IMG/VR virus record: IMGVR_UViG_3300009158_003990
Span: 1-58,475 of that record
Direction: 5' to 3' (one strand)
Length of the DNA: 58,475 nt
Source of the DNA: a virus
Taxonomy: Duplodnaviria > Caudoviricetes
Shown: positions 37,045 to 46,818 of the stretch, piece by piece
Numbering within the stretch: position 1 is the stretch's first letter
How the letters are laid out: each line of letters begins with the position of its first letter
The notes under the pieces: generated by a model
The model's database searches: none
Told to the model about the DNA's origin: nothing
The model's input: the letters and a program-made list of their open reading frames with translations, nothing else
Translations under genes and position numbers: made by a program

Positions 37045-38501
37045 CAGATGTAGGATCAGAAAGAATTATTTTATCCGCTTTATTTCAAAAGGGTTATGAC
37101 TGCTTTATTGAAATATCAGATATAATTGACGAAAATTGTTTTTCTAATGATGAAAACTCGGCTATTTACAAGTGTTTTACAAAAATCTTAGATGATAAAG
37201 AGTCTAAGATTGATATACCAACTATAATTTCAAAAGCAGAGTCATTAGGACTATCTTCTTACTTCAAAACATCTGAACAGGCCAAATATCTTAGATCTTT
37301 AATGATTTTTCCTGTTGAATTGGTTAATGCGAGAAAAGCAGCAGCTAAATTAAAGAAGCTTAATATAGCAAAAAAGCTTTCATATAGTCTTTCTGATGGT
37401 GCATTATCCCTTAATGCAATCACTGGAGATGAGCCTATTAGTCAAATTATAGCTATTGCTGAATCAACCGTTTTGAGTGCAACATTTAAAATATCTAATG
37501 CCGAAGACCCAAATCCAAAACTAATTGGTGATGGTTTAGCTGAATATATAGATCATCTTGAATCAAATCCTGTTTCTCAACTTGGAATATCTTCTGGATT
37601 TAAAAATTATGATATGGCTATAGGTGGTGGTCTTAGACCAGGCTCAGTCAATTTGATTGGTGCTAGGATGAAAACAGGTAAAAGCTTTTTTGCAGATAAT
37701 GTTGCGGTTAATGTTTCTTTAAAGAATATACCTGTTTTGATGCTAGATACAGAAATGAGCGAAAAGGATCATTGGCATAGGATATTGGCTTGCATGTCTG
37801 GAGTTAAGATTGAAGAAATTGAAAGCGGTTTATTTTCTTCAAATAGTAAAAACAAACAAAAGATACATAATGCATTAGATAAAATAAAATCTATGCCTCT
37901 TCAGTATAAAGCGATTGCAGGAAAAAGTTTTGATGAAGTTATGTCTTTGGCAAGAAGATGGATAATTAAAGATGTTGGTTTAGACGATTCTGGAAAAGCA
38001 AACCCATGCGTTATTATATATGATTATATAAAATTAATGGATGATTCTGGCATTGGCAAAAATATGGCAGAATATCAAGCATTAGGTTTTTTAATGTCAA
38101 GCTTGCACAATTTTATGTTTCAGTATGGAGTTGCATGTTTAGCATTTACACAATTAAATAGAGATGGAATAAGCAGAGAAGACACAGATGTTGCCAGCGG
38201 TTCAGACAGAATACTTTGGCTTTGTAGCAACTTTTCTATATACAAAAGAAAAAGTGAAGAAGAAATGGCAGATGAAAGTGTTTCAAATAATAACATTAGA
38301 TACAATTTAAAGCTCATACCAATTGTTTGCCGTCATGGTAAAGGTATAGAGCCAGGAGACTATATAAATATTTCAGCTAATTACGAAGTTGGGAAGATAG
38401 ATGAAGGCCCAACAAGAAATCAATTTTACAAAGCAAATTCTCCTAGAAATAACACTGGTTTTGAAGTAGAAGGATTACCAAATGAAATTGAAATCGATTG
38501 A
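37041..38501 (+). CDS. dnaB: replicative DNA helicase
   Basis: ER.ILSAL, GISSGF..YD...GGLRPG, GARMKTGKS, DTEMS, IIYDYI, TQLNR. Confidence 0.92.
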   Translation: MTDVGSERIILSALFQKGYDCFIEISDIIDENCFSNDENSAIYKCFTKILDDKESKIDIPTIISKAESLGLSSYFKTSEQAKYLRSLMIFPVELVNARKAAAKLKKLNIAKKLSYSLSDGALSLNAITGDEPISQIIAIAESTVLSATFKISNAEDPNPKLIGDGLAEYIDHLESNPVSQLGISSGFKNYDMAIGGGLRPGSVNLIGARMKTGKSFFADNVAVNVSLKNIPVLMLDTEMSEKDHWHRILACMSGVKIEEIESGLFSSNSKNKQKIHNALDKIKSMPLQYKAIAGKSFDEVMSLARRWIIKDVGLDDSGKANPCVIIYDYIKLMDDSGIGKNMAEYQALGFLMSSLHNFMFQYGVACLAFTQLNRDGISREDTDVASGSDRILWLCSNFSIYKRKSEEEMADESVSNNNIRYNLKLIPIVCRHGKGIEPGDYINISANYEVGKIDEGPTRNQFYKANSPRNNTGFEVEGLPNEIEID

Positions 38502-39591
38502 AACAAAAAAAATGGAATATTTGAATAATGTTGTCTGCCAAAACATAAATTTTCTTCTTGATCATTATGGAATAAAATATAAAGATCACTCTGATTCTTT
38601 GGTTTTTGCATGTCCTATTCATGGTGGCGATAACACAACTGCATTGAACTTTTTTTTAAATGGTCATACAAAAATAGGCAATTGGATTTGCTATACACAT
38701 AACTGTCAAAACCACTTTATAAATACTTCAATAGGATTTTTTAGGGGTGTTGTTAGCAATAAAAAGTTTGGCTGGTCAAAGTCTGGAGATAGAGTAGTAG
38801 ATTTTAAATATATTGTTTTTGAACTTTGTGATATTTTAAAGGTTGATCTATCTCTTATAAAAGAGGATACAAAGATTGAATCTATTGAAAAACACGCACA
38901 TGTTTTTTCAGTTAAGAAAACTATGCAGCCAACAAATTACACAAGAAAAATGGTGAGAGAAAAATTGGCTATACCATCCGAATACTTTGTTTCTAGGGGT
39001 TACGATCCAGCAATATTAGATAAGTATGATGTTGGTGATTCTATGTCTGAAAATAGAATTTTTAAAAATAGGGCTGTTGTTCCAATTTATGATTCTGAAA
39101 ACAAACATATAGTTGGATTCACAGGAAGAATAAAGCTAGAAAAATGCAGTTCTTGCAATAACTTTCATACTCAAAAAGAATGCGATCCAGAAAAAAACTT
39201 GAGCAAATGGATGCATAGCAAAGGATTTTCAAAAAAAAATTATCTTTATAATTATGGAAATGCAAAAGAAAGCATTATGAAAAAAGGTTTTGTAATATTG
39301 GTTGAAGGTCCAGCAGATGTTTGGAAGTTTTTAAAGAATGGAATTGAAAATGTTGTTGCGGTTTTTGGTTCTTCATTAAGTGATAGCCAACAAATAATAC
39401 TAGAATCTTCTGGTGCTACATCATTAGTTTTACTTTTTGATTCAGATAAAGCTGGAAGTAAAGCTTCTGATCAATTATCCTTGTCTTTGTCTAGAACATT
39501 TAAAATTATTAAGGTTTCATTGCCAAATGGAATTAAAGACCCAGGAGATTTGACTGATGAGCAAATAAACCATATATTTAATCCTATTTAA
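38482..39591 (+). CDS. dnaG: DNA primase
   Basis: CHC2-like CPIHGGDN, GFTGR, TOPRIM LVEGPAD and LFDSDKAG, KDPGD. Confidence 0.9.
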   Translation: MKLKSIETKKMEYLNNVVCQNINFLLDHYGIKYKDHSDSLVFACPIHGGDNTTALNFFLNGHTKIGNWICYTHNCQNHFINTSIGFFRGVVSNKKFGWSKSGDRVVDFKYIVFELCDILKVDLSLIKEDTKIESIEKHAHVFSVKKTMQPTNYTRKMVREKLAIPSEYFVSRGYDPAILDKYDVGDSMSENRIFKNRAVVPIYDSENKHIVGFTGRIKLEKCSSCNNFHTQKECDPEKNLSKWMHSKGFSKKNYLYNYGNAKESIMKKGFVILVEGPADVWKFLKNGIENVVAVFGSSLSDSQQIILESSGATSLVLLFDSDKAGSKASDQLSLSLSRTFKIIKVSLPNGIKDPGDLTDEQINHIFNPI

Positions 39592-39607
39592 AAGGATCTA
39601 TGCAAAA

Positions 39608-40240
39608 ATGACAAATCAAAAAATAATTGCTTTTTCTGGAAAAAAAGGATCTGGAAAAGATACTTTGGCTGGATTTCTTTCTTATAACTCAATGGCACTA
39701 TTTGGTTGTAGGTCTTCAATTTATGCGTTTGCACAACCTCTTAAAAAAATAGCAATTGATTTCTTTGGACTAGAACACCAGCAAGTTTTTGGTTCAATAG
39801 AAAATAAAAATTCTTTAACTAATTATTCATGGGAAGACCTTCCTCATTATCAAGGAGTGGGTCCAACTGGTAAAATGACAGCAAGAGAGTTTTTGCAAGA
39901 AATTGGAACTGGCATTTGCAGAAAAATGAATAAAAACATACATATAGATGCTTGTTTTAATATGATAAGAAGAGATAAGTACCCATTAAGTTTTATTACT
40001 GATGCAAGATTTGAAAACGAAATAAATAAAGTTAAAGAATTTGGTGGTATAACTATTAGACTAACAAGATCTATAGATAGCGATATTCATATAAGTGAAA
40101 ACGAGCTTAATGATAGTAATATTTTTGATATTGTAATAGATAATAAAAATATGAGTAAATCTGAGCAAGAGCATGAACTTTTAAAAAAACTTAAATCTAT
40201 AGATTGGATAAAAAATGATCATAACTTATTTAAGATCTAG
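39608..40240 (+). CDS. deoxynucleoside monophosphate kinase
   Basis: SGKKGSGKDT, FA.PLK, RE.LQ..GT, ITDARF.NE, H.SE. Confidence 0.88.
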   Translation: MTNQKIIAFSGKKGSGKDTLAGFLSYNSMALFGCRSSIYAFAQPLKKIAIDFFGLEHQQVFGSIENKNSLTNYSWEDLPHYQGVGPTGKMTAREFLQEIGTGICRKMNKNIHIDACFNMIRRDKYPLSFITDARFENEINKVKEFGGITIRLTRSIDSDIHISENELNDSNIFDIVIDNKNMSKSEQEHELLKKLKSIDWIKNDHNLFKI

Positions 40241-41240
40241 TTCTGTAAGTTCTTATTCATGGTGTCAGCATAAATATTGGTTAACATACAATCTTGGATT
40301 CAAGGATGACTCTAACAAAAAAGCAGAAAAAGGCAATGTTGTTCATAAAGCATTAGAATTGTTGGCAAATAAAAAGCTTTGCCTACAAAATGGAACATCT
40401 TCGTTTTTTGATAATGAGTTAAAGCAAGAGTTTTCCACAATAGAAATATCTCCAGAAAGCTCAATAGTTGCAGCTTATGATCATTACAAAAATAAAAGTA
40501 TACATGGATGGGAAGATAAAGACCTTAAGGATTGCGAAAAATGGACTTGGGATACATTATTGTTTAATAACGGCATGTTTTCCCCTCTTTCAAGAAAAAT
40601 AGAGAAACCAGAGCAATATTTTGACATTGAGATTAAATTTCCTTGGGCTAAATACGAATACTATATAGACGATGGAACTGTTCTTTCTGGAAACCTTAGA
40701 ATAAAAGGAACAATGGACCTTATAGCTAGAGTAGATAAGAAAACCATAGAGTACATAGACTGGAAAACTGGAGAAAGAAAAAATTGGGCAACAGGTAAAG
40801 AAAAAAGCTATGATGATTTTTATAAGGATTTTCAACTTAGACTTTATCATTATGCTTTAAGCGAGCTTTATCCAGACGAAGAAAATATAATAATAACAAT
40901 TTTTTTTAATAAGTCTGGTGGCCCTTTTACTCTTTGTTTTCACAAAGAAGATGTGGCAAAAACAGTAGAAATGATAAGGCATGAATTTGAAAAAATAAAG
41001 TCTTGTCATTTTCCAACAAGAATAATAGATTACGGAAAAGATAGGTGGAAATGTGAAAGGCTTTGTAGGTTTCATAAAGAAAAACATGAAGATTCAGATC
41101 TTTCAATATGTGATTTTATGAACAAAGAGATTATACAATTAGGTATGAGTCGTGCTTATTTAAAACATGCGAATAAGGGCACTGTTAGCTCTTATGGGGA
41201 TGGTGGTGGTCAATCTAATAGGGAGAACAAAGATGTTTAG
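40215..41240 (+). CDS. Cas4/RecB-like PD-(D/E)xK exonuclease
   Basis: G..VHKALE, GTMDLI, IDWKTG, QLRLY, Cys cluster C...C...C. Confidence 0.82.
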   Translation: MIITYLRSSSVSSYSWCQHKYWLTYNLGFKDDSNKKAEKGNVVHKALELLANKKLCLQNGTSSFFDNELKQEFSTIEISPESSIVAAYDHYKNKSIHGWEDKDLKDCEKWTWDTLLFNNGMFSPLSRKIEKPEQYFDIEIKFPWAKYEYYIDDGTVLSGNLRIKGTMDLIARVDKKTIEYIDWKTGERKNWATGKEKSYDDFYKDFQLRLYHYALSELYPDEENIIITIFFNKSGGPFTLCFHKEDVAKTVEMIRHEFEKIKSCHFPTRIIDYGKDRWKCERLCRFHKEKHEDSDLSICDFMNKEIIQLGMSRAYLKHANKGTVSSYGDGGGQSNRENKDV

Positions 41241-41946
41241 CGATAAACTTACAGAAGAACAAAAAGAAGAGCTTAAAAATAAACAGCTTCCACGAATAGC
41301 TAATTATTACCCAATAGAAAAATTAAACTTAATAAAAGAAGAAGAAAAAATTATTAAAAAAGAAAGGGTTATGGTTTTTAATTCTTCAATAATAAGGAAT
41401 AACTATAATTTTCAAGGCGTTATTTCTGGTGAAGATGTAGAAAAAATATCAAATGAAGTTTTTAAACCTCAAAACTTATTGTACATAGATAGAGATGTTG
41501 CAGAAAAAGATTTTAATTATAAACAAATTATACCATATTGTATTTTTACAAAGGGCGACCTTGTTTTTGTTTATGAAAGATCTAAGTCTGGCTCTGAATC
41601 TAGACTGCATAATTTGCTTTCTATTGGTGTTGGTGGTCATATAAACCCTTGTGATGGAAACAATGTAGAAGCAGTAAATAGTGCTTGCAAAAGAGAAATA
41701 ATGGAAGAAGTCAGTTTTTCAACAGAGGATCAGATAACCCCTATTGCGTTAATAAATGACGATTCTGACGAAGTTAATTCTGTGCATTTTGGAGTTATAT
41801 ATCATATTAAGTTAAATCAAGACTCTGTTTTTATTCCAGTTGACAAAGCACTTTCTAATGGTACTTTTAAAACATTCGATGAATTACTTTTAGATGAATC
41901 AAGAATTGAAAAATGGTCAAAATTAGTAATATCAGTAATTAAATAG
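41233..41946 (+). CDS. NUDIX-family phosphoesterase (COG4112-like)
   Basis: AE.D..YKQIIPY, E.RLH...SIGVGGHIN, REI.EEV, INDD..EV..VH.G. Confidence 0.8.
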   Translation: MFSDKLTEEQKEELKNKQLPRIANYYPIEKLNLIKEEEKIIKKERVMVFNSSIIRNNYNFQGVISGEDVEKISNEVFKPQNLLYIDRDVAEKDFNYKQIIPYCIFTKGDLVFVYERSKSGSESRLHNLLSIGVGGHINPCDGNNVEAVNSACKREIMEEVSFSTEDQITPIALINDDSDEVNSVHFGVIYHIKLNQDSVFIPVDKALSNGTFKTFDELLLDESRIEKWSKLVISVIK

Positions 41947-41979
41947 ATTGAATTGTAAAATTAATTTTAAGGATAGAAT

Positions 41980-43896
41980 ATGAATTGGACACCATTACAT
42001 TGCCATACGCATTATAGCCTATTAGATGCACTTAGTAAGCCAGATATTCTGGCAAAAAGATGCTTTGATCTTGGATATAAGTCGTGTGCCATAACTGATC
42101 ACGGAACTATTTCTGGATGCATATCTTTTGCTAAAGCATGTTTGTCCAAAAAAATAAAGCCAATATTGGGTTGCGAATTTTACATGTGTAAAGAAGCATC
42201 ATCTATTCAAACTAAAGATAATTCTGATTTAACGCATTTGTGTGTTCTTTCTAAAAACTTGATTGGTTGGAAAAATTTAATAAGTCTTTCTTCTAAATCA
42301 AATTCTCCAGAGTGTTTTCAGCATAAACCAAGGCTGCATATAAGCGATTTTTTAGGTAATACAGATGGATTAATTGCTTTTTCTGGACATATTGGTAGCG
42401 AATTAGCAAATTGTTTGTTTGCAGATTTTAAAGAGGCATATTCAAGAACTGAGTATGGTGAAATAAAAGAATTACTTAAGCCAGATTGGTTAGATTGTGC
42501 CATTAAAGTTTGTTCACAATATGTTGATGTATTTGGAACAGACAATTTCTTTATAGAAATACAGCTTTTTGATAAAGAAAACATACCAGCATCAATAGTA
42601 ATTGCAGAATGTCTTCGTGAAATATCAAAAAAAACAGGCATTAAAAAGATAGCAACTCCAGATGTTCATTATGTTCTTGCCGAAGATGCATCAGATCAAA
42701 GAGTATTGCTTTGTTCTTTAATGGAGGCAACACTTAAAAATATTAGAGATAAAATTCAAAAAAGTGGTGATTTTGATCTTTCTGTTTTTTTTAAGTCTAA
42801 TAAGTATTATCTTCCTTCTCTTGAAGAGATTGTGGCTTTACATGAAAAAGATGAAATAGACAATTGTCAATTAATTGATAGTATGTGTGAAAATTATTCA
42901 ATGATTAAAGAGCCATCTATTCCAAACTTTGATTGTCCAAATAAGCTAAGTCAAATTTCTTATCTAAGACAGTTGTGCAGAGAGGGTTGGAATAAAAAGT
43001 TTTCTGAAATAGGATCAAAAACAGAGCAATACAAAATATATACAGAAAGAATTGCTTATGAGTTAAATGTTATAGATAAGTCTGGACTTTCTGGCTATTT
43101 CTTGATTGTTCAAGATTATTGTAACTGGGCAAAATCAAAAAATTGGCTTGTTGGTCCAGGAAGAGGATCTGGTGCTGGATGCATGATTTCTTACCTTTTG
43201 GGAATAACAGATGTAGACCCAATAAAACATGGGCTTGTTTTTGAAAGATTTTATAATGCTGGAAGAAATACTTCTGGTAGAGTTAGCTTGCCAGATATTG
43301 ATTGTGATTTTCCAATAACAAAAAGAGATCTTGTTGTTGAATACATTCGATCTAAATATGGGGATGGTCATGTTAGTCAAATGATTACATTTAGTAGAAT
43401 GCAAGGCAGAGGCTCATTGAAAGATGTATTAAGGGCACACGGTTTTTCTTTTGAGGAAAGCAATAGAATAACAAAGCATATTCCTGATGAGTCTGAGATA
43501 TCTGAACAATTGCAGGAAATGAGAGATGAAGATGGCGATTCTTCAATAATAAGGTGGGCTTTAGAAAATATTCCTGATAAATTATCAGAGTATTGTAAAA
43601 TAGATGAAAACGGAGAGATAACAGGAAAATTAGCAAAAGAATTTATGCAAGCAATAAGATTGGAAGGAACAAAAAGAAGTCAAGGAAAACATGCTGCTGG
43701 CATAATTATTAGCGACTTACAAATGGGTCAAATATGCCCAATGATTTTTGATAAAAAATCAAAGCAGTCTATAGCTGGTCTTGAAATGTCAGATTTAGAG
43801 TCTATAGGTTTAGTTAAGTTTGATATACTTGGAGTTGCTGTTTTAGATAAAATTATGGGGTGCATAAACTTTTTAAAAGGCAAAACAAATGAATGA
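41980..43896 (+). CDS. dnaE: DNA polymerase III alpha, N-terminal part (PHP + catalytic palm)
   Basis: HCHTHYSLLD, TDH, DVHY, GPGRGSGAG, FERF, PDIDCDF, GKHAAG, KFDILG. Confidence 0.92.
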   Translation: MNWTPLHCHTHYSLLDALSKPDILAKRCFDLGYKSCAITDHGTISGCISFAKACLSKKIKPILGCEFYMCKEASSIQTKDNSDLTHLCVLSKNLIGWKNLISLSSKSNSPECFQHKPRLHISDFLGNTDGLIAFSGHIGSELANCLFADFKEAYSRTEYGEIKELLKPDWLDCAIKVCSQYVDVFGTDNFFIEIQLFDKENIPASIVIAECLREISKKTGIKKIATPDVHYVLAEDASDQRVLLCSLMEATLKNIRDKIQKSGDFDLSVFFKSNKYYLPSLEEIVALHEKDEIDNCQLIDSMCENYSMIKEPSIPNFDCPNKLSQISYLRQLCREGWNKKFSEIGSKTEQYKIYTERIAYELNVIDKSGLSGYFLIVQDYCNWAKSKNWLVGPGRGSGAGCMISYLLGITDVDPIKHGLVFERFYNAGRNTSGRVSLPDIDCDFPITKRDLVVEYIRSKYGDGHVSQMITFSRMQGRGSLKDVLRAHGFSFEESNRITKHIPDESEISEQLQEMRDEDGDSSIIRWALENIPDKLSEYCKIDENGEITGKLAKEFMQAIRLEGTKRSQGKHAAGIIISDLQMGQICPMIFDKKSKQSIAGLEMSDLESIGLVKFDILGVAVLDKIMGCINFLKGKTNE

Positions 43897-44167
43897 CAAC
43901 TTTGAGGAAATATCAATTATTACAAAACTAGTAAGTCAACAGATAGCACTATTGGATTCTTTGGCTGAATGCAATTCTTCAAAAAAAGAACTCATTAAAC
44001 AAGCAAATAAGATATTAAAATCTGTTGCAATATATCATGGTGGAAGTTTGTTTTTAAATAAAGAATTTTTAGATTCTGCTGAAGACTCTGATGTAGAATT
44101 AAATATAATTCAAGATAAAGAAGGTTCTGTAGAATTAAAAATTAAGGATGCAAATAATGAAGAGTAA
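43889..44167 (+). CDS. hypothetical protein between dnaE halves
   Basis: Overlaps both neighbours. Confidence 0.55.
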   Translation: MNDNFEEISIITKLVSQQIALLDSLAECNSSKKELIKQANKILKSVAIYHGGSLFLNKEFLDSAEDSDVELNIIQDKEGSVELKIKDANNEE

Positions 44168-44795
44168 TACAATTATTGTATTTGATTTTGAAACAGGATC
44201 TTTAGATACACAAACATGTGAGGTTATACAAGTTGCAGCAAAAGCAATAAATAGAAAAACCTTGCTTCCTATTCCAGATGCAGTTTTTAATAGTTTAATA
44301 AAGCCAAGAGACTTTAATAACTTGCAAGATTCTGCTTTGGCAGTAAATAAAAAAACAAAAGAAGAATTAGCTTTAGCACCAGAAATAAGCGTTGTTTGGA
44401 ATAGGCTTATTGATTTTATTTCAAGGTTTTCTATTGGCAAAAGCAATATAATGGCTCCAGTTCCAGCGGGTAAAAACATTCGTCATTTTGATATGCCAAT
44501 TTTTGAAAGAGTATGTCGTGAGCTTGGTTATACAGACAAAGATAAAAAACAAACATATTTTAATAATCGTAGCATGTTTGATTTAGATGAAATAATGCTT
44601 TTGTGGTTTGAAAATAGTGATGATATGCCAAATATGAAGATGGATACAATCCGAGATCATTTTGGTATGTCAAAAGCAAATGCTCATGATGCATTAGTTG
44701 ATGTTGAGCAAACTGGAGATTTAATTATCCATTTTTTAAAATTGCATAGATCAATATACCCAAAAGTAAAATTTAAAGACTCATTCAAGAAATAA
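44157..44795 (+). CDS. DEDDh 3'-5' exonuclease (DnaQ/epsilon-like)
   Basis: ExoI VFDFETG, ExoII GKNI..FD, ExoIII AHDALVDV. Confidence 0.88.
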   Translation: MKSNTIIVFDFETGSLDTQTCEVIQVAAKAINRKTLLPIPDAVFNSLIKPRDFNNLQDSALAVNKKTKEELALAPEISVVWNRLIDFISRFSIGKSNIMAPVPAGKNIRHFDMPIFERVCRELGYTDKDKKQTYFNNRSMFDLDEIMLLWFENSDDMPNMKMDTIRDHFGMSKANAHDALVDVEQTGDLIIHFLKLHRSIYPKVKFKDSFKK

Positions 44796-44799
44796 TAAT

Positions 44800-46425
44800 A
44801 TGACAAAAAAATATCAGTTCTCATGTGGTTGCAGTTTTCCAATTATTGGTGAGCCTTTATCAAAAGACTCTTTGCCATTAATGGAAGTGGATGCAACAAA
44901 ACTTCCTTCTTGTGAAAGTGCTTGGAACATTTTTGCAAGAGGTGACACAAAAGGAATTTTTCAATTAGAATCAGATCTTGGTAAACAATGGTCTAAAAAA
45001 TTAAGACCAAAAACAGTTGAGCATCTTACTGCTTTAGGTGCATTAATTCGCCCTGGAGCATTGCGTTCTGTTGATGATAAAGGCGTTAGTATGACAGCAC
45101 ACTATTGCAGGATTGTTAATGGAGAAGAACAAGTTTCTTCTTATCATCCTGTCGTTGACGAAGCCCTTAAATCTACATATGGATCACTTGTTTTTCAAGA
45201 ACAAGCTATGGAGCTTTCTAAGGTTGTTGCTGGATTTACGCTACAAGAAGCAGACATTCTTCGTAAGGCAATGGGTAAAAAATCATCAAGCGAAATGGCT
45301 AAATGCAAAAAGTTATTTATTGATGGTTCTAAAAAAATGAATGTTGTTTCTGAAATTCAAGCAGAAGAAATATTTGGTTGGATTGAACAAAGTCAAAAAT
45401 ACTCATTTAATAAAAGCCATGCTTGTTCATATGGCTTGCTTACATACAATACGGCATATTTAAAAAGCCATTTTCCTGTTCAGTTTTTTACAAGTTGGTT
45501 ATTCTATGCAAAAGATAAGGCAGACAGTCTTTTAGAAATATCTGATCTTATTGATGAAGCTAAAAAGTTTAATGTGGACATTGAATTACCAGACATAACT
45601 GTATTAAATAGTAATTTTTATACAAATGGAAAAACTATATGGTTTGGTATTACTGACATTAAAGGCATTGGAATGTCGCAGTTTGAAAAAATAAAAAAAT
45701 CTATACAAAATTACCCAACAAAAATAAAAAGTTGGGAAGAATTTGTTATTAAGCTTTCTGATGATATGCCAACTTCAAGTTTGGAAAAACTTATATCGGT
45801 TGGTGCTTTTAGAAAATATGGAAGTAATAGGCAGAAGCTTTTAGCTGATCTTAACTGTTGGACACAACTTACAGATAAAGAAAGGTCTTGGATAAAAGAA
45901 AATGTTGAAATTACAAATATTGCAGATATGGTTTTAAAGTCAGCAAAAACAAAAAAAGATGGCGGTGCGTGTTGTATTTCTAAGCGTGTTGACATACTTA
46001 CAAGTTTGGCAAATAGTATAATAAATCCACCTTCTCCTTTGGTTGATATTCCTTCTTGGGTTATTTGGATAGAAAAACAGTCATTAGGCATTGCTTTGAC
46101 ATATAATGCTACAGATTCATGCGATACTAGTAGTTCAAATACAACATGTAAAGAATACTTAGATGGAAAAAGTGGATATATGGTTTTTGGTGTTGAAATA
46201 AGAAGGTGTAAAGAAGTTGTTACAAAGGCTGGAAAAACACCAGGATCAAAAATGTGTTTTCTTTCAGTATCTGATCCAACAGGAAAAATAGACGATGTTA
46301 TCTGTTTTCCAAATCCGTACAAAGAAATAGGTTCTTTGTTGAAAGAGGGAAACACAGTCTTGATTCAAGCAGAACGAGACAAAAAAAGTGAATCTCTTTT
46401 GGTTAAAAAAGCTTTTCAAATTTAG
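44800..46425 (+). CDS. dnaE: DNA polymerase III alpha, C-terminal part (fingers, HhH, OB)
   Basis: GDTKGIFQLES, ALIRPG, TYG.LVFQEQ, AD.LRKAMGKK, YSFNKSHA.SY, IKGIG, M.F....D.TG.I....F. Confidence 0.92.
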   Translation: MTKKYQFSCGCSFPIIGEPLSKDSLPLMEVDATKLPSCESAWNIFARGDTKGIFQLESDLGKQWSKKLRPKTVEHLTALGALIRPGALRSVDDKGVSMTAHYCRIVNGEEQVSSYHPVVDEALKSTYGSLVFQEQAMELSKVVAGFTLQEADILRKAMGKKSSSEMAKCKKLFIDGSKKMNVVSEIQAEEIFGWIEQSQKYSFNKSHACSYGLLTYNTAYLKSHFPVQFFTSWLFYAKDKADSLLEISDLIDEAKKFNVDIELPDITVLNSNFYTNGKTIWFGITDIKGIGMSQFEKIKKSIQNYPTKIKSWEEFVIKLSDDMPTSSLEKLISVGAFRKYGSNRQKLLADLNCWTQLTDKERSWIKENVEITNIADMVLKSAKTKKDGGACCISKRVDILTSLANSIINPPSPLVDIPSWVIWIEKQSLGIALTYNATDSCDTSSSNTTCKEYLDGKSGYMVFGVEIRRCKEVVTKAGKTPGSKMCFLSVSDPTGKIDDVICFPNPYKEIGSLLKEGNTVLIQAERDKKSESLLVKKAFQI

Positions 46426-46434
46426 GAGTTTATT

Positions 46435-46812
46435 ATGAATGTTTGTTCTTTTCTTGGTAAGTTAACTAGAGATCCAGAGTTGGTAAATTTAAACAATGGA
46501 AAATCCGTTGTTAATTTTTGCATATCAGTAAGGAATCCATCAAAGAATCAAGAAAAACCAGAAATGACATTTATAGATTGTGTTGCTTGGGAAAAAGCAG
46601 CAGATCTTATATATAAATATTTTAAAAAAGGATCAAAAATATTAGTTAATACTTCAGCAAAAACTGAAACATGGACAGACAAAGAAAGTGGTAAAAATAG
46701 ACACAAAATTAAATTTGTTGTGCAAAAGTTTTGGTATATTGATGAAAAGACTAATGCAGATGAAGAATTAAAAATTTCTAGTCAAGAAGAATTTTCTACC
46801 GAATGGCTATAA
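46435..46812 (+). CDS. ssb: single-stranded DNA-binding protein
   Basis: GKLTRDPEL, FIDCVAWEK.A, KKGSKI, acidic tail. Confidence 0.92.
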   Translation: MNVCSFLGKLTRDPELVNLNNGKSVVNFCISVRNPSKNQEKPEMTFIDCVAWEKAADLIYKYFKKGSKILVNTSAKTETWTDKESGKNRHKIKFVVQKFWYIDEKTNADEELKISSQEEFSTEWL

Positions 46813-46818
46813 ACAAAA

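Noticed and set aside
40215-41240. Cas4 as part of a CRISPR-Cas system
   Set aside because: No other cas genes or array; standalone Cas4-like nucleases are common in phage replication modules
43897-44799. Group I/II intron or split intein interrupting dnaE
   Set aside because: The gap is fully occupied by two coupled ORFs, with no room for a ribozyme core and no intein blocks at the junctions
45711-46355. 214 aa antisense ORF within dnaE-C and other short shadow ORFs in the track
   Set aside because: They lie opposite or within well-supported genes and have no recognisable motifs
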